The translations under genes were made by a program, and so were the position numbers. The notes under the pieces are model-generated. The model searched no databases. It worked only from the letters and a program-made list of their open reading frames with translations, and had not been told where the DNA came from. This document shows positions 39,078 through 51,758 of a DNA stretch of 64,000 nt, piece after piece (positions within the stretch are counted from its first letter, which is position 1; every line of letters starts with the position of its first letter). Source of the DNA: Ginglymostoma cirratum (lineage: Eukaryota); the NCBI GenBank assembly GCA_024137785.1, contig JAHRHZ010000116.1, positions 248,001 to 312,000 of the forward strand. The letters run 5' to 3'.

Positions 39078-41984
39078 TCAGTCTATCTTGCAATGTTTAA
39101 AACATCCAAAGAGCCAAGTGAAAGGATACATTATTAGTTTCTTCGCCTCCTCCCGGAATCTCTTCTGAGCCACTGCAAAGATGAAGACATTGTTCAAGGA
39201 ATTGACTAACTGGAACATGTTGGTCATCTCTTGCAAGCCGTACCATGGATCATTAGGCAAAGTATATCCCTCACCTGTAAGCTGTCCATAGAGGTAATGC
39301 ACAATATAGGCTGCCCACGAGAGTAGGAAGCTAAAAGAAATGGCGAAGAGCAGGACAATGGACTTTTTGCGGTTGGTCATCTCTAAGTCTCCATGATTCT
39401 TGGTGATGCAAAGCTTCCGACGAATTCTGCTCGCCGCCAAGATGTGTCTCGCTGTCAGGACATTAAGCAGAAGAATGAGAAGGAACGGAAGACAGGGAGT
39501 TAAGATATGGTCCAGCCAGTCATAGGCCTGCCAAACAGGTGATGTGTAACAGATGAGCTTGATATCGCAGAACCAGGGCACTCCATCCACCACGTACAAT
39601 GGCTGAAAGACAAAATAGAATGGGACGTTCTTGACGCAGCTCAGGACACAGAGCATTCCTATGATCCATGAAGCAGTTTTTTGGGTGCAATACCTAATCT
39701 TTAGACTGTGACAACGGATGGATACAAAGCGGTCGATGGTAAAGGCCACAGTAAGCCAAACTGAGCCATCGCGAGTGGTATAAATGAGCACAGTGCTAAG
39801 GGTACACCCTTGGGTAGTAAACATAACACTGTTTGAAAAGTAGATTCCGCCGATTCTGTTGAGAATACAACCAGAAATGATAACAAGGAAATCAGTCACA
39901 GCTAACGCCAGCAGGTAGAAGGTGATGCAATGAGAAAGGCCACATCGTCCTCGCGATAGGATTATGATCACTGCCAGGTTTGCTGTGGAAAATAAGAAGA
40001 GATTTTTCCACAATTGATTTATGAGTGTGTTGCCGAGATTAGAGAGTTTTAGCTAAAGTGATAGGCTGAGTATCCGGGAATGATTTTCCCTGGAGCATCG
40101 GAGGCTGAGGGGTGATCTTACAGAAGTTTATCAAATCATGATGGGCATACATAGAATGAATAGCAAAGGTATTTTACCCAGGGCAGCGGAGCCCATTATT
40201 AGAGGGCATAGGTTTAAAGTGAGAGGGGAAAGATGTAAAAGGAACCTAAGTTGCCAATTTTTCACATAGAGGATGGTGCGTGTTTGGAATGAGCTGCCAG
40301 AGGAAGTGATGGATGCTGGTAAAATTACGACGTTTAAAAGGCATATGGATGTTTACATGAATGGGAAGAGTATATAGGGATATGGGCCAACGACTGGCAA
40401 ATGGAAAGAGACCAATGTTAGAAATCTGGTCGGCATGGACGAGTTGGACAAAAAGGTCTGTTTCCATGCTGTACAGCTCTATTATTCTATAATTGACTGG
40501 GCTCATCTCTCCAATAGCTCATTATAACGGCCCAGTTAATCCTTTACTATCTGCAGATTCTACATATCCTGAAACAGTTTGTATTTGTTTGCCACATTCA
40601 AATTCATTAACATTGATCCCACCACAAAATATGCTCTCAGGACACTGGGCTAATATTTCTGCAAACGATTTGCAACTCATTTGTTTTTATTCATGTAAAT
40701 CCCTGTCAATCCAACTGCTCTGTGTTTATTGACTTAAATTGACTCCTAGACTGGTAATTTCAAGGATTTGACATAATCGAACATCGACATTTGAAATGCC
40801 TTCATCCTCTCTCTACTGAGGTACTATTAAAGTTCCAGAGCCACCACATTTCTCAGACCCCCTCTAATTGTCGTTCCATTTGCATTTTTGATTTTCAACT
40901 CTCTATCAGTGACATTTGTGCATTTGACTGTGAAAGTCTAAGTCTCTGGTGTTTACTTACTCAATCAATCCCTCTTTTCTTCCTTGCTCAAAATGTTCCT
41001 AATGACAAAACTTCTTCACCAGAGATACCTTTCGTCTTGAATAAGGAATTTGCATCTTTGAGTAAAAAATATAGATGCATTTGAACTCCTTCAATTCATC
41101 ACACCACATAAAATATAGCCACTATAAGTCCACCTTCCAAACTAATAACCAGGGAGTGGCAACAAATGTTAACCTTACCAGGGAATGTCCCGTTCCATGG
41201 TGATCAAAACTATGGCTACTTAAACTGCACAAATCCCGACGTGCAAACAACAAACACAGTAGATGAAACATCTTGCACCTGTAGTTTCCACTTTCAAATA
41301 GTACAATAGTACTTAATTCCAAATAGTACAATAAAAATGAGGAAAAAACAATTAGACCTCACTATGCTGCTCCTAATATCTCATTCATTCTGAGACCGCG
41401 AGACAAATTCCTACATTGAATGGAAATACATTGATATTACAATTCAGTTAGTATAGTGATTATGTTGCCAAAATTCATGTTCCGTACTGCAATAAGACAA
41501 CAGTGCCAAATGCATATCACTGTATCGTATGGCATGGCATTAGTTTAAAAACAAACGTAAGTTTGCAGATTGCTGTCATGGGGTAAAAGTTAACTTCCAC
41601 GAAGACGACACATTAATGTCACAAGTTCCCACAAGATGATCCATATTTCAGTCATTGGTTAAATGGTACGTCCGTGAATAACGAATAATAAATTGAATTG
41701 TATCCTTTAATGGTCAATGGACCAAGCTCAAATGATGTACTCTCGTTGAGCACCACAAAGTACAATATCTTAAAAGGCACAGGCATATATTGGGAATTAG
41801 TTTATGTCCTTATTCAGACAACATTGAATATTGTAGCAAAAATTCATTTTTGTCCTGAAAGGGGAGACAAATTGCTTCACAAGAATAAATAACTTTTTTT
41901 AATCTATTACTTACCAGGAACACCGATAACCGCGAGAATAGGATAGCAAATGGCATAGAAGGCTCCAGTGGCTTGCCCGTGCAT
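39078..41984 (-). CDS. GPR139-like class A GPCR, intact, two exons (41984-41915 and 39982-39078), 324 aa
   Basis: Exon 1 reads MHGQATGAFYAICYPILAVIGVP+G|GTAAGT; acceptor ttccacag|. Exon 2 reads ANLAVIIILSRGRCGLSHCIT.YLLALAVTD...SVWLTVAFTIDRFV.I...PFLLILLLN...KSIVLLFAIS...QKRFREE. Seven hydrophobic segments; the spliced length of 975 nt is in frame. Confidence 0.9.
40040..40490 (+). mobile_element. CR1 3' fragment in the GPCR intron (antisense to the gene)
   Basis: RRLRGDL..YQIM and RVWNELP motifs, plus the CR1 tail. Confidence 0.85.
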
Positions 41985-42852
41985 CACCTTTTAGAAACGA
42001 AATTATTTCCCACAAGTGTGTAGCTCAGCACTGCTCAATATTCAAGTTCTCCTTCATTTATTCCTGTTGGGAGTCTCCAGAGGGATAATTAATTTTCAAA
42101 CTTCATCTCGCTTGCATTCAAATGAAATAAAATATTTCACGGTTCTATGCCTTTCCTTTGAAATTAAGGATGATGTAATAGTTGTAGACAATCGACAACG
42201 TCCACTGTCTCCTCTCACTACGTAATGTCTTTGTGTCTGTATCAAGTGGAACTATTTATTGCCGGTACTAAGATGAGGTCCAATCACTAACTTAAAATGA
42301 CACCTTTCCATCTCTTTCATGGTGCAAATTGTTTTGTGCGTTCAGATATAAAATTCGTTTCAAACTTTTGCTTATTGGGAAATATTTTAGCTTTAACAAT
42401 TTTTTATTTCAGAAATAAAAAATCTAGTTATTTCAATAGATTTGGATCTGACATATGTGGAACTATTTTCATTAAATAGAGGAGTAGGCAATGCAAATTC
42501 TGTGTCGTGTAGAACCGCATGTCTCTTACTGTATTTTCTGCTAAACTACATATGTAGAACGACTCTCTAAATTGCTTAGTCTGATTTGGAATGAGTACGA
42601 CTTTACAAATGACCTGGTGGAAAACAAAGTGAGTTATCAATGAGCGAAGTTATGCATGATACATGGTTTAGATTATCAGCATCAAATTCACTCGTATTGG
42701 AGACATGGTTAATATATGTCTAATATTACATTTTCTCAGATGTTTGAATCGGAAATAGATGGGTATAATATGAACAGCAACACGCAAGTTGCAATTTTTT
42801 AAAGAGATCTAGAATAGTTTAGTAACAATAAACTACATAATGAAACATTTAG

Positions 42853-43200
42853 GGGAGGCAATGGTCTGTTAGTGTTAGCACTGTATGTTAATTCATAGAC
42901 CAAGATCATATTCTCTGTTCGAATCCTGCCATGGCAGATGGTGTAATTTCAATTCAATAAATATCTGGAATTAAGAGTCTGGTGATAACCATGAAACAGT
43001 TGCTGATCGTCGGATAAACCCATTTGGTTCATTAATATCCATTGGGAAGGAAACTGCCATCTTTACCTTGTCTGGCCTAGAAGTGACTCCCGATCCATAG
43101 CAATGTGTCTGATACTCAACTGCCTTCTGAGCAATTAGAGATGCACAATAAATACCGCCGCAAAGCGAAGCCTCTACCCCATAAATTAATTAAGAAAAAA
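42853..43200 (+). mobile_element. tRNA-derived SINE with L2-type tail
   Basis: B box gttcgaatcc; same family as 13002-13338. Confidence 0.8.
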
Positions 43201-45374
43201 AATTAGGAACACAGACAAGGTCATTTGAAGAAAATCGCTTGTAGCCTAATTGAACAACAGGGATAAAACACCTGTCGTGGAATGAGAGATGGGGTGGGGC
43301 CAACTGTCATAGAACAGAAAGGCATACAGCAGGAAATCATACTTTTCGATTCAACTCGTCCATGCGCACCCCAAACAAAGCTAGTCCCATTTGACTAATT
43401 TTGACCCATACCCATCTAAACTTTAATAAAAGCCGAAAGAACTGAGGATGCTGTAAATCAAGAACAAAGCCAGAAGTTGATGGAAAAACTGAGCAGGTCA
43501 CGCAGTATCTGTGAAGAACAATATGATATTTAACGTTTCGGGTCTGGTGACCCATCCTCCGGAACAGAAACGTTAACTCTGAGTTTTTTGCTTCACACAT
43601 GTTGCTGGACCTACTGGAATTTTCCAGCAACGTCTGTTTTTGTCCCTCTAAACTTTTGCTCTTTAAGCAACTGTACGAATTATTTTCTTATAATGTTGTA
43701 ACTGCATCTATCACTTCCTCTGGTAGTTTATTCTGTATCTGATACACATTTGTTGTAAAAAAAATGTCCCTTAGGCCCTTTCATATCTTTCCCCACTTAC
43801 ATTAAAATTGTGCCATCTACTTTGAACTACCCTAATCTGGGGGCAAAGACCATTGCTATTCACCATATCTATGCCATTTTAGGATTTATAAAGCACCTCA
43901 AGTCACCCCTGAATCTCCTAAGCTCCGAGGAAAATGTCCCGGCGTATCCATTCTCTCCTTATAACTCAAATCCTGCAGGCCCAGTAACATTTTTGTCAAT
44001 CTTTTCTGCATGATATCCAATTGAATAGTATCATTCACATAGCAGGGTGTCCAGAAATGTATACAGTACTCAAAAGTGGCCTCTTCAACATCTTCTAAGC
44101 CGCATCATGATTTGTCCATATCTAAACTCAATGTGCTGACCGATGAAACCAGACGTGACAAACGTCTTCTTCATTAACTTGTCTCATGCGACGCCAGTTA
44201 GAAGGAATTATGTACTTAAACCCATAGGTGTCAGTAAACGATCCAAGGCCCAACTATTAACTGTAACAGTCCTGCCCTTGTTTGTTTTACCAAAATGCAG
44301 CACCTCGCATTTATCAAAATTAAACTACATTTGGCACTCCTCAGCCCATTTGACCAAATGATCAAGATCTCATTGGTCTCTATGATAACATTGTTCAGGA
44401 TCTACTATACCACTACTTTTGGTGTCAACCGAAGACTTACCAACCTTGGTCCCCAAATCTTTATCCAAAACTTAATGACAAACAACAGTCAACACCAATG
44501 ATCGAATGTGTTCATTCAGAAAAAGAATCACACGACCACAATCTGTTACCTGCCGTCAAGCCAATTTTGTACCCCGTTAGCCAGACTTTCCTGGATCCCA
44601 TGTGATCTAACTTCATTAAACAGTCTATCATGAAGCACCTTTACAAAGGCCTTGCTAAAGTCTGCGTCGACGCAATATACTGTTCTGTACTCATGGATCT
44701 TCCTGGTCACGCTCACAAAAAAAAACTCAAACAAGGTTGTAAGACACAATTTCCCATGCACAAAACCATGTTGACTACCCCTAATGAAGTCCCGCCTATC
44801 CACATGCATGTAAACCTTGTCTCTCAGAATTTCCTTCAACAATTTACCGATATTAATGTTTATACTTACCGGTCTGTAGACTCCAGGCTTTCCCTTGCTT
44901 CCTTTCCAAAACAAAAATACAATATTAGTCACCCTGCAGTGTGCCAACACCCACCCAAAGCTGTTACTGACACAAATATCTCTGTTAGGGGCTCCACAAT
45001 TTCTTCTATAACTTCCAACAGTGTCTTAAGATACACTCTGTCAGGTCCCGGTGATTTATCGATCTTTTGGCTTTTCAAGATCTCACCATATCTTCTTATG
45101 TCATATGGAACCTTTTCAAGGCATCACTATTTATCTCCCCGATTTCCCAAACTTTCACGTCTTTCTCCACAATACATATTGAAGTGAAATATTCGTTGAG
45201 TATCTTACTCATCTCCTGTGGTTCCACACAGAGACTGCCATTTGATCTTTAAGAAGTCCTGTCATCTCCCCTGGGACTTTTTTCCTCAAATGTACTTGTA
45301 GAAACTCTTTGGAATGTCCTTAACCTTATCTGCCAGGACTTTATAACATCTCGTTTATACTCTTCTGATTTTTG

Positions 45375-45740
45375 TGGCAGGTGATGGCCTAGTGGTATTA
45401 CCATCAGACAATTAATCCAGAGACCCACGTAATGTTCTGGGAACTTGGATTATAATCCTTCCATGGCAGATTGTGGAATTTAAATTCAATAATAATCCTG
45501 AATGAAGCGTCTAATGATGGCCATGTAACCATTACTCAATAATCAGGTAAAACCCATCTGGTTCACTGACTTCCTTCAGGGAAGGAAACCTGCTATCCTC
45601 CCTGGACCGCGCTCCATGTGACTCCAGACTCATAGCTAAGTGATTGACTCTTAACTTCCCTCTGGGCAATTAGGGGTGGGCTATAAATGCTGGTCCAACA
45701 ATTGATGCCCACTTCTCATAAATAATATTAATAAAAAAAG
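45375..45740 (+). mobile_element. tRNA-derived SINE with L2-type tail
   Basis: Same family as 13002-13338 and 42853-43200. Confidence 0.8.
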
Positions 45741-45764
45741 CCAACATAATATTGTCCTTAGGTG

Positions 45765-47600
45765 GACATACACGAGGCTGGAAGAACACAGCAGGTCAGG
45801 CAGCATCTTGAGAAAAGGAGCAGTCAACGTGTCGGATATTACCCTTCTTTAGGACTGGATGTAGGCATAAGGGGATCTGCATATAAAGGGGGGAAGGGAA
45901 AGGGGTTGTAAATGCGGATTGGTGGTGACATGTAGACAATGGTGATAGGTACGTACCGGTTGGTCGATGGAAGGAATGAATCCGGTAATTGGATGGAGGG
46001 AGGGTCAGAGGTGGAATGGAAGGGACGAGGTAAGGGTATAACGGAAGCCGGGGAATGGGTGGGAAGGTTATTTGAATTTGGAGAAGACAAAGCTGCCTGG
46101 GTCTGTAGGGTGCACAGGTGGAAGATAAGATGGTGTTGTGCAATTTTTTTTCCAAGTGGCTGCGACACTGGACGAGGCCGAGGATGGACATGTAGGAGGT
46201 GGAGTGGGGTGTGGCGTTGAAATGGGTGGAGATGCTCGGCGAAACCATCACCTAATCCATGTTTGTTCTCACTGACATGGAGAAGACCACACAGGGAGAA
46301 GCAGATGAAATAGACTAGGTTGGAGAGGATGCAGGTGAAGCGCGGTCTCACTTGAAAGCTCTGGTTTGGGTCAAGTTTGGAGGTGAAGCAGATGATGTGT
46401 GGTCAGATGTTGCATTTTTTATGATTGCAGGGGAAGTTGCCGCGTGGGATGAAGTGCTTGATGGGGAGTGTGGCATGAACTCACGAATAGTAATGGAAAT
46501 GGTCCTTGCAGAAGTCAGACAGGGCTGGGGAGTCGAAGATATTTTGGGTGGTGGAGTGGGGTCGAATTGGATTTGGCGAAGTGTTTGAGGATGATATATT
46601 GGATGCAGAGCCTGATGGGGTGGAAAATGGGGAACCTTATAGTTATTGTGTTTAAACGGGTTTGGTTAACATCTGTAGAGCGGGAAATGGTGGAGAGATG
46701 TCAGGTTGACAGAAGGCGTAAAGTAAGAGATGAGTTCTGTGGGTCAGGAACATGCGGAGACAATGGGTCGGCCAGGATAGTTCGACTTGTGGGTCTTGGG
46801 AAGCTGGTCGAACCCGGCATTGCGGGCTGGAGGCAGTGGAGGGGAGGTCACTGGAAACGATGATTTCATGTATAAAGTGGGAAATGCTCGCTTGATTGGT
46901 CATGGTGGAGTCATGGTCAACAGAGAGTTAGGGCATGGTGCCAGAGAGTTGGCATTTGGTCTCTGCGATATAGAAGTGCGTCCTGCACATGACCACCGCC
47001 CCACTTTGTTGTTGGGTTTAATAGTGAAACGGGAATTGGTGCAGAGAGAGTGGAGCTTCGCACTTTCAGAGGGGAACAGTTGGAGTGGGTGGTGAGGGTG
47101 GAGAAATCAAGGCGGTCAATTTCGCTTCGGCATTTAGCAATGAAGAGGTCCAGGCCAGATAACAGGTTTGCAGGGTGTCTCCAAGAGGAGAAGGGCGGTT
47201 TAAGGCTGGTGAAGGGGTCCCCAGTGTTTGGGATTCTTTATTAAAGAAGAAGGCATGGAGACGGAGGCAGCAGAAAATGTGTTCCACGTGATTGCGGGCA
47301 GGAAACTCATTGAGGTGATGGCAGAGGGGCAAGAACGTGAGTCCTTCACAGAGAGCAGATCATTCGTCCTCAGAGAGTTCGAGGTCAGGGGGAGTAGTGA
47401 AAATGCGACAATCGACCAACTCGGTCGGACCTATCGCCAGTGTCCATTCTTATCTTTATCTCTTCTTACCCCCCATATCCGGCCCTGAGGAAAGGTAAGA
47501 CCAAAAATGTTGACTGCGTCCTTCCTCCAGGTGCTGCTTGGTCTGCTGTTTTCTTCCAGCCTTCTGTTTGTGTACCTTGGATTCCAGTATCTGCAGGGTT
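45765..47600 (-). mobile_element. Older Penelope-like element (RT + GIY-YIG remnants)
   Basis: Minus ORF FTCILSNLVYFICFSLCGLLHVSENKHGLGDGFAEH, plus upstream RT-region remnants. Confidence 0.8.
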
Positions 47601-49839
47601 TTTTTGACTTTAATTATCTCTGTACCCTGATTAATACCCCAAGGGATTTATTGAGTCTGACTGTCTATACCTGATATATGATTTCTTCCTTTTCTTGACC
47701 ATAGTCTAAACAGCTCTCGTCATCCAGTATTCTGAATTCCTACCTGGCTTGTCCTTCATTCTAACATGAACATATAGTCTCTTAAAGCTTATTATCTCAG
47801 TTTTCACACTCTCCCACCTGCCTGATGTCCCTTTATAATGGGACAGTCTACATCAGTCAATGTTTGAAAGTTCCTGCCTCAAACCGGTAAAATTAGACAT
47901 GGTCAAATATAGAGCATCAACTTTTATATAAGGCTGACCTTTTTCCATAATTATTTCAAAACTAGTCGAATTATGATCACTAGTCCTAAAGTGCCACCCA
48001 CTAACGCTTCATTCACTTCCCCTGCTTCACTTTCCAACAGGTGGTCAGTTTTTGCTCTTCCTCTGTCATTTATTTCTACATACTAATAAAGAAAATTTTC
48101 TTGAACACATTGAAGAAATTCTTCTCCACCCAAGACCGGAACATGATGGTGATCCTTGTCTATGTTTGGAAAGTTAAAATACCGTACAATTACCACACTA
48201 TTATTCATACAGATATCTGAGATTTCAGTATTTACTTGCTCTTCCCTTTCCCGCTGAATATTGGCGTTCCTTGAGTTCAGTCGCATCAAGCTGATCATCC
48301 CCTTCTTGACTTTATGTTACACACATAGAACGTCACTGACCGAACCCCACAAAATATCCTCTCTTACGACAGCAGTAATGTTTCCCCTGATCAAAAACGC
48401 CACACCCTTCCTCTCTTGCTGCCCTTTCTATCCTTTTTTTTTAGCATGTATACCCTGGAACACGGGCGGTCAGTCCTGTCCCTCGTCAGCTACGTATATG
48501 TAGCAGTTATAATATCCTTTTTCCAAGGTCCCATCCATGCCTCAATTTTCCCCCTTCCCTCTCTCCACCCCACCCCCCAGCACCACCTTAGCTTTCAGGC
48601 TTCTTGCATTGAAATAAATGAGTTTAATACTTCAATGCTACCTCATGCTCTGATGTGTATTTTTTTTGTCTGTCTTGTCTATTTAACTTTCTCCTTTTAA
48701 CTTCTAAAGCATTCATACTCTTCTCTCGTTACTCACTGCTGTTTCGGATGCCCAGAACCCCATTTCATGTTGTTTAACATCACCCAAGTAGCACTAATAA
48801 ATCTCTGCGCCAGGATAATGTTCACTCTACAGTTTATTTGCAATATTCCATTTTTGTACATAGAACTTTATGCCCAGAATTGATCCCAATGATCCAAAAA
48901 TCCGAATTGCACAATCTTCTCAGCCACTCGTTGACATGAAACACTTTCTTATTCCTACTCTCACTACCACGTGGCACAGGAGATAATCTAGAGATTACTA
49001 TTGTTAAATTCCGTTTTTTTAATCTCCTCCCTTGTTTCCTATGTTCACTCTGCACTACCTCATGACTTTCCCGGTCGTTGTCGTTCGTACCAATGTTAAT
49101 GATAACGTCTGGCTGCTCACTCTCATCTTTCAGAATCTGCTGCAAATTCTCTGAGACATCATTGACGCGGATGCAAGAGAGGCACACATCACCCTGAAGT
49201 ATCAACAGTACGACAGAGACTTCTGTCACTGCCTCTGACTATCTGCTTTGACGATTGCTCATTTGATACTACACAATTCCCGCTTATCCGAAGATCCAGC
49301 CGTTGTGCCCAAGATCTGGTTAGGATTTATCATTTTCCTGCAAGAAATAATTCCACCCTTAACCGTATCCTAAACGGTCTATTTGTTTCAGAGAGGCATA
49401 CCCACTGAAACCTCCTGTAATGTTTCCTACATCTCCTGACAGTCACTCACCTGTATACATTTATCTGCTATGTGACCACCTCTCTTAATGTCGTAACCAT
49501 CCCACTCTGTTCCTGCTGTATGAGCCTCAGAGATTCCAACAGCTTCTCCAGCCGATCCAAATGGTCTGATGTGAGCCACATCAAACACACTTATTGCATA
49601 CGTAGCCTCCTAGGGCTATTTTTTCCCTGACATTCCACATCTGAACGGAACAGTTTACCACTCCAACAAATGCCATTTTTGCCCCCTAATAAATGTCCGG
49701 CGAAGAATCGTCTAAAAAAAAAGCTACACTTAGCTGAAATTCTATAGCACTGTGGTTGGTTCGGTCGCCGAGCTGGTTCATCAGTTCGCAGGCATTTCCT
49801 TCCCCTGCTGGGTAATATCATCAGTGCAGCTCCGATGAA

Positions 49840-50590
49840 GGGCAGTTGTGTTTTCCCACCTGGTGATTAACGTCTGGTCTGCATTGGAGTTGGTTACCAC
49901 ATTTCCGTTTCTTCTTCACAGTGGTGTATATGTTGTGTCTAATTCTACGTGTTAATTGATGGCCTTCTTGGTAGAGAACGAAGCCTCTAGAAATTCCCGT
50001 GCTTGTCTCTGTACGCCCATACTCGGGTCTTGGTGTTGTCCCAATCGGTTGGTTCTCATTAGCCGTGTGAATGGAGAGGAGTGAGTACCGGTCATGTCTT
50101 TTTGTTGCTATTTGTTGTTCATTTATTCTTGCGGCCAGTTTCCTTCCTGTCTGTCCAATGTCATGTTTGTCGCAGTCTTCGCATAGGACCTTTTATACCA
50201 CATTGATTCTGTCCATATTGGGTAAAGGATCTTTGGAACCATCTGTTCGATCGGGACAACATCAGGATCCGAGGACAGGCCAAGCTGAGGCAAGCACATG
50301 AATTTCTAGAGGCTTGGTTCTCCACCAGTAAGGTCATGAATAAACATATAGAAGTATACGTATATACACCACTACGAATAAAAAAAAAAACAGAAATGAG
50401 GTAACCAATTCCAACGGACCCCAGCGTTTAAGTACCAGGAGGGAAAACACAACAACGCCTCATCGGAGGTTGCACTGATGATGTTAGCCAGCAGGGTAAT
50501 GAAAAGCCTGCGAACTAATGTACCAGCTCGGCGAGAAAACCACCCACAGCATCCAGAACGCGAGTTACAAAGCTTCTCAAGAAACTTAGA
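49840..50590. mobile_element. Penelope-like fragments in inverted arrangement
   Basis: GIY-YIG region on - (to about 50240) then on + (AREFLEAWFS-like). Hammerhead-like core at 50475-50510. Confidence 0.7.
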
Positions 50591-51143
50591 AATTCTGTCG
50601 AGTCCACAATCTTCCTGCTCGAACACATTGCTTGGAGAACTTAATATCGATATTTTATATTTCAAGAACTACAAGAAGAAGCTCTCATAAAAACCTATAG
50701 AAAATAAACGTTTGAGAGTGAGGATTTAAGGTACATACCGTTGCTACATGTATTGAAGCTTTCTGCCTCTGTTATTAATCTAGAGTCCCAAAGCAGTTGC
50801 AATTTCTGGATTAAAAAATAAATATCATCTCATTGCTAAACGTGTATAAATAACGTTGTACTGTTGTCCCCGAACCACTGCATATAAGATAAGAAAATAA
50901 CTTTCTTCAATTCACTCTAACAAGTGGAACACCGCAAAAAAAATTTCTCCTCGAACTCTTCAGATCAAAGGAAGAAACACAGCCTAACCAAACTTTTCTC
51001 ATCGTTCATTTTCCATTCCTGACCAATCCTTACAAATCTTCCCTGTCCTTCTCGGATATAATTATATTTTTCGATAGTAATATTACAAATACAGCACGTA
51101 TCAGGTGTTTTGAGACAGTAAAAGTAGTTCAAATTTAATTAGA

Positions 51144-51758
51144 GATAAAAGGTACTGCAGATGCTGGAGAATCCGAGATAACAAGCATGGGGCTGGATGA
51201 ACACAGCAGGCCAAGCAGCACCATAGGAGCAGGAAAACTTGACGTTTCGGGCCTAAACCCTTCATCAGAAAATCATTTTTTNNNNNNNNNNNNNNNNNNN
51301 NNNNNNNNNNNNNNNNNNNNNNNNNNNNNNNNNNNNNNNNNNNNNNNNNNNNNNNNNNNNNNNNNNNNNNNNNNNNNNNNNNNNNNNNNNNNNNNNNNNN
51401 NNNNNNNNNNNNNNNNNNNNNNNNNNNNNNNNNNNNNNNNNNNNNNNNNNNNNNNNNNNNNNNNNNNNNNNNNNNNNNNNNNNNNNNNNNNNNNNNNNNN
51501 NNNNNNNNNNNNNNNNNNNNNNNNNNNNNNNNNNNNNNNNNNNNNNNNNNNNNNNNNNNNNNNNNNNNNNNNNNNNNNNNNNNNNNNNNNNNNNNNNNNN
51601 NNNNNNNNNNNNNNNNNNNNNNNNNNNNNNNNNNNNNNNNNNNNNNNNNNNNNNNNNNNNNNNNNNNNNNNNNNNNNNNNNCCCGAAACGTCAAGTTTTC
51701 CTGCTCCAATGATGCTGCTTGGCCTACTGTGTTCATCCAGCCCCATGCTTGTTATCTC
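51144..51758. mobile_element. Penelope-derived insertion with inverted termini spanning an assembly gap
   Basis: About 51176-51252 and 51682-51758 are reverse complements. The direct repeat AAATTTAATTAGA at 51131-51143 and 51759-51771 is a likely TSD. Confidence 0.8.
51282..51681. other. Assembly gap (400 N)
   Basis: Run of N. Confidence 1.

Larger units (their letters stand above)
43305..49700 (-). mobile_element. Fragmented near-full-length CR1 LINE (ORF1 esterase, APE endonuclease, RT) interrupted by a SINE and a Penelope element
   Basis: ORF1 SGNH-like EQPDVIINIGTND (48834-49229), endonuclease remnant FNFPNID..FLQCVQENFL (about 48080-48300), RT YRPVS..SQHGFVHGKLCLT..DFSKAF (44546-44950), and 3' tail at about 43305. 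Confidence 0.75.

Noticed and set aside
38632-39093. Phe/Ser/Leu-rich and Arg/Lys/Glu-rich ORFs
   Set aside because: Translations of the (GAAA)n tract.
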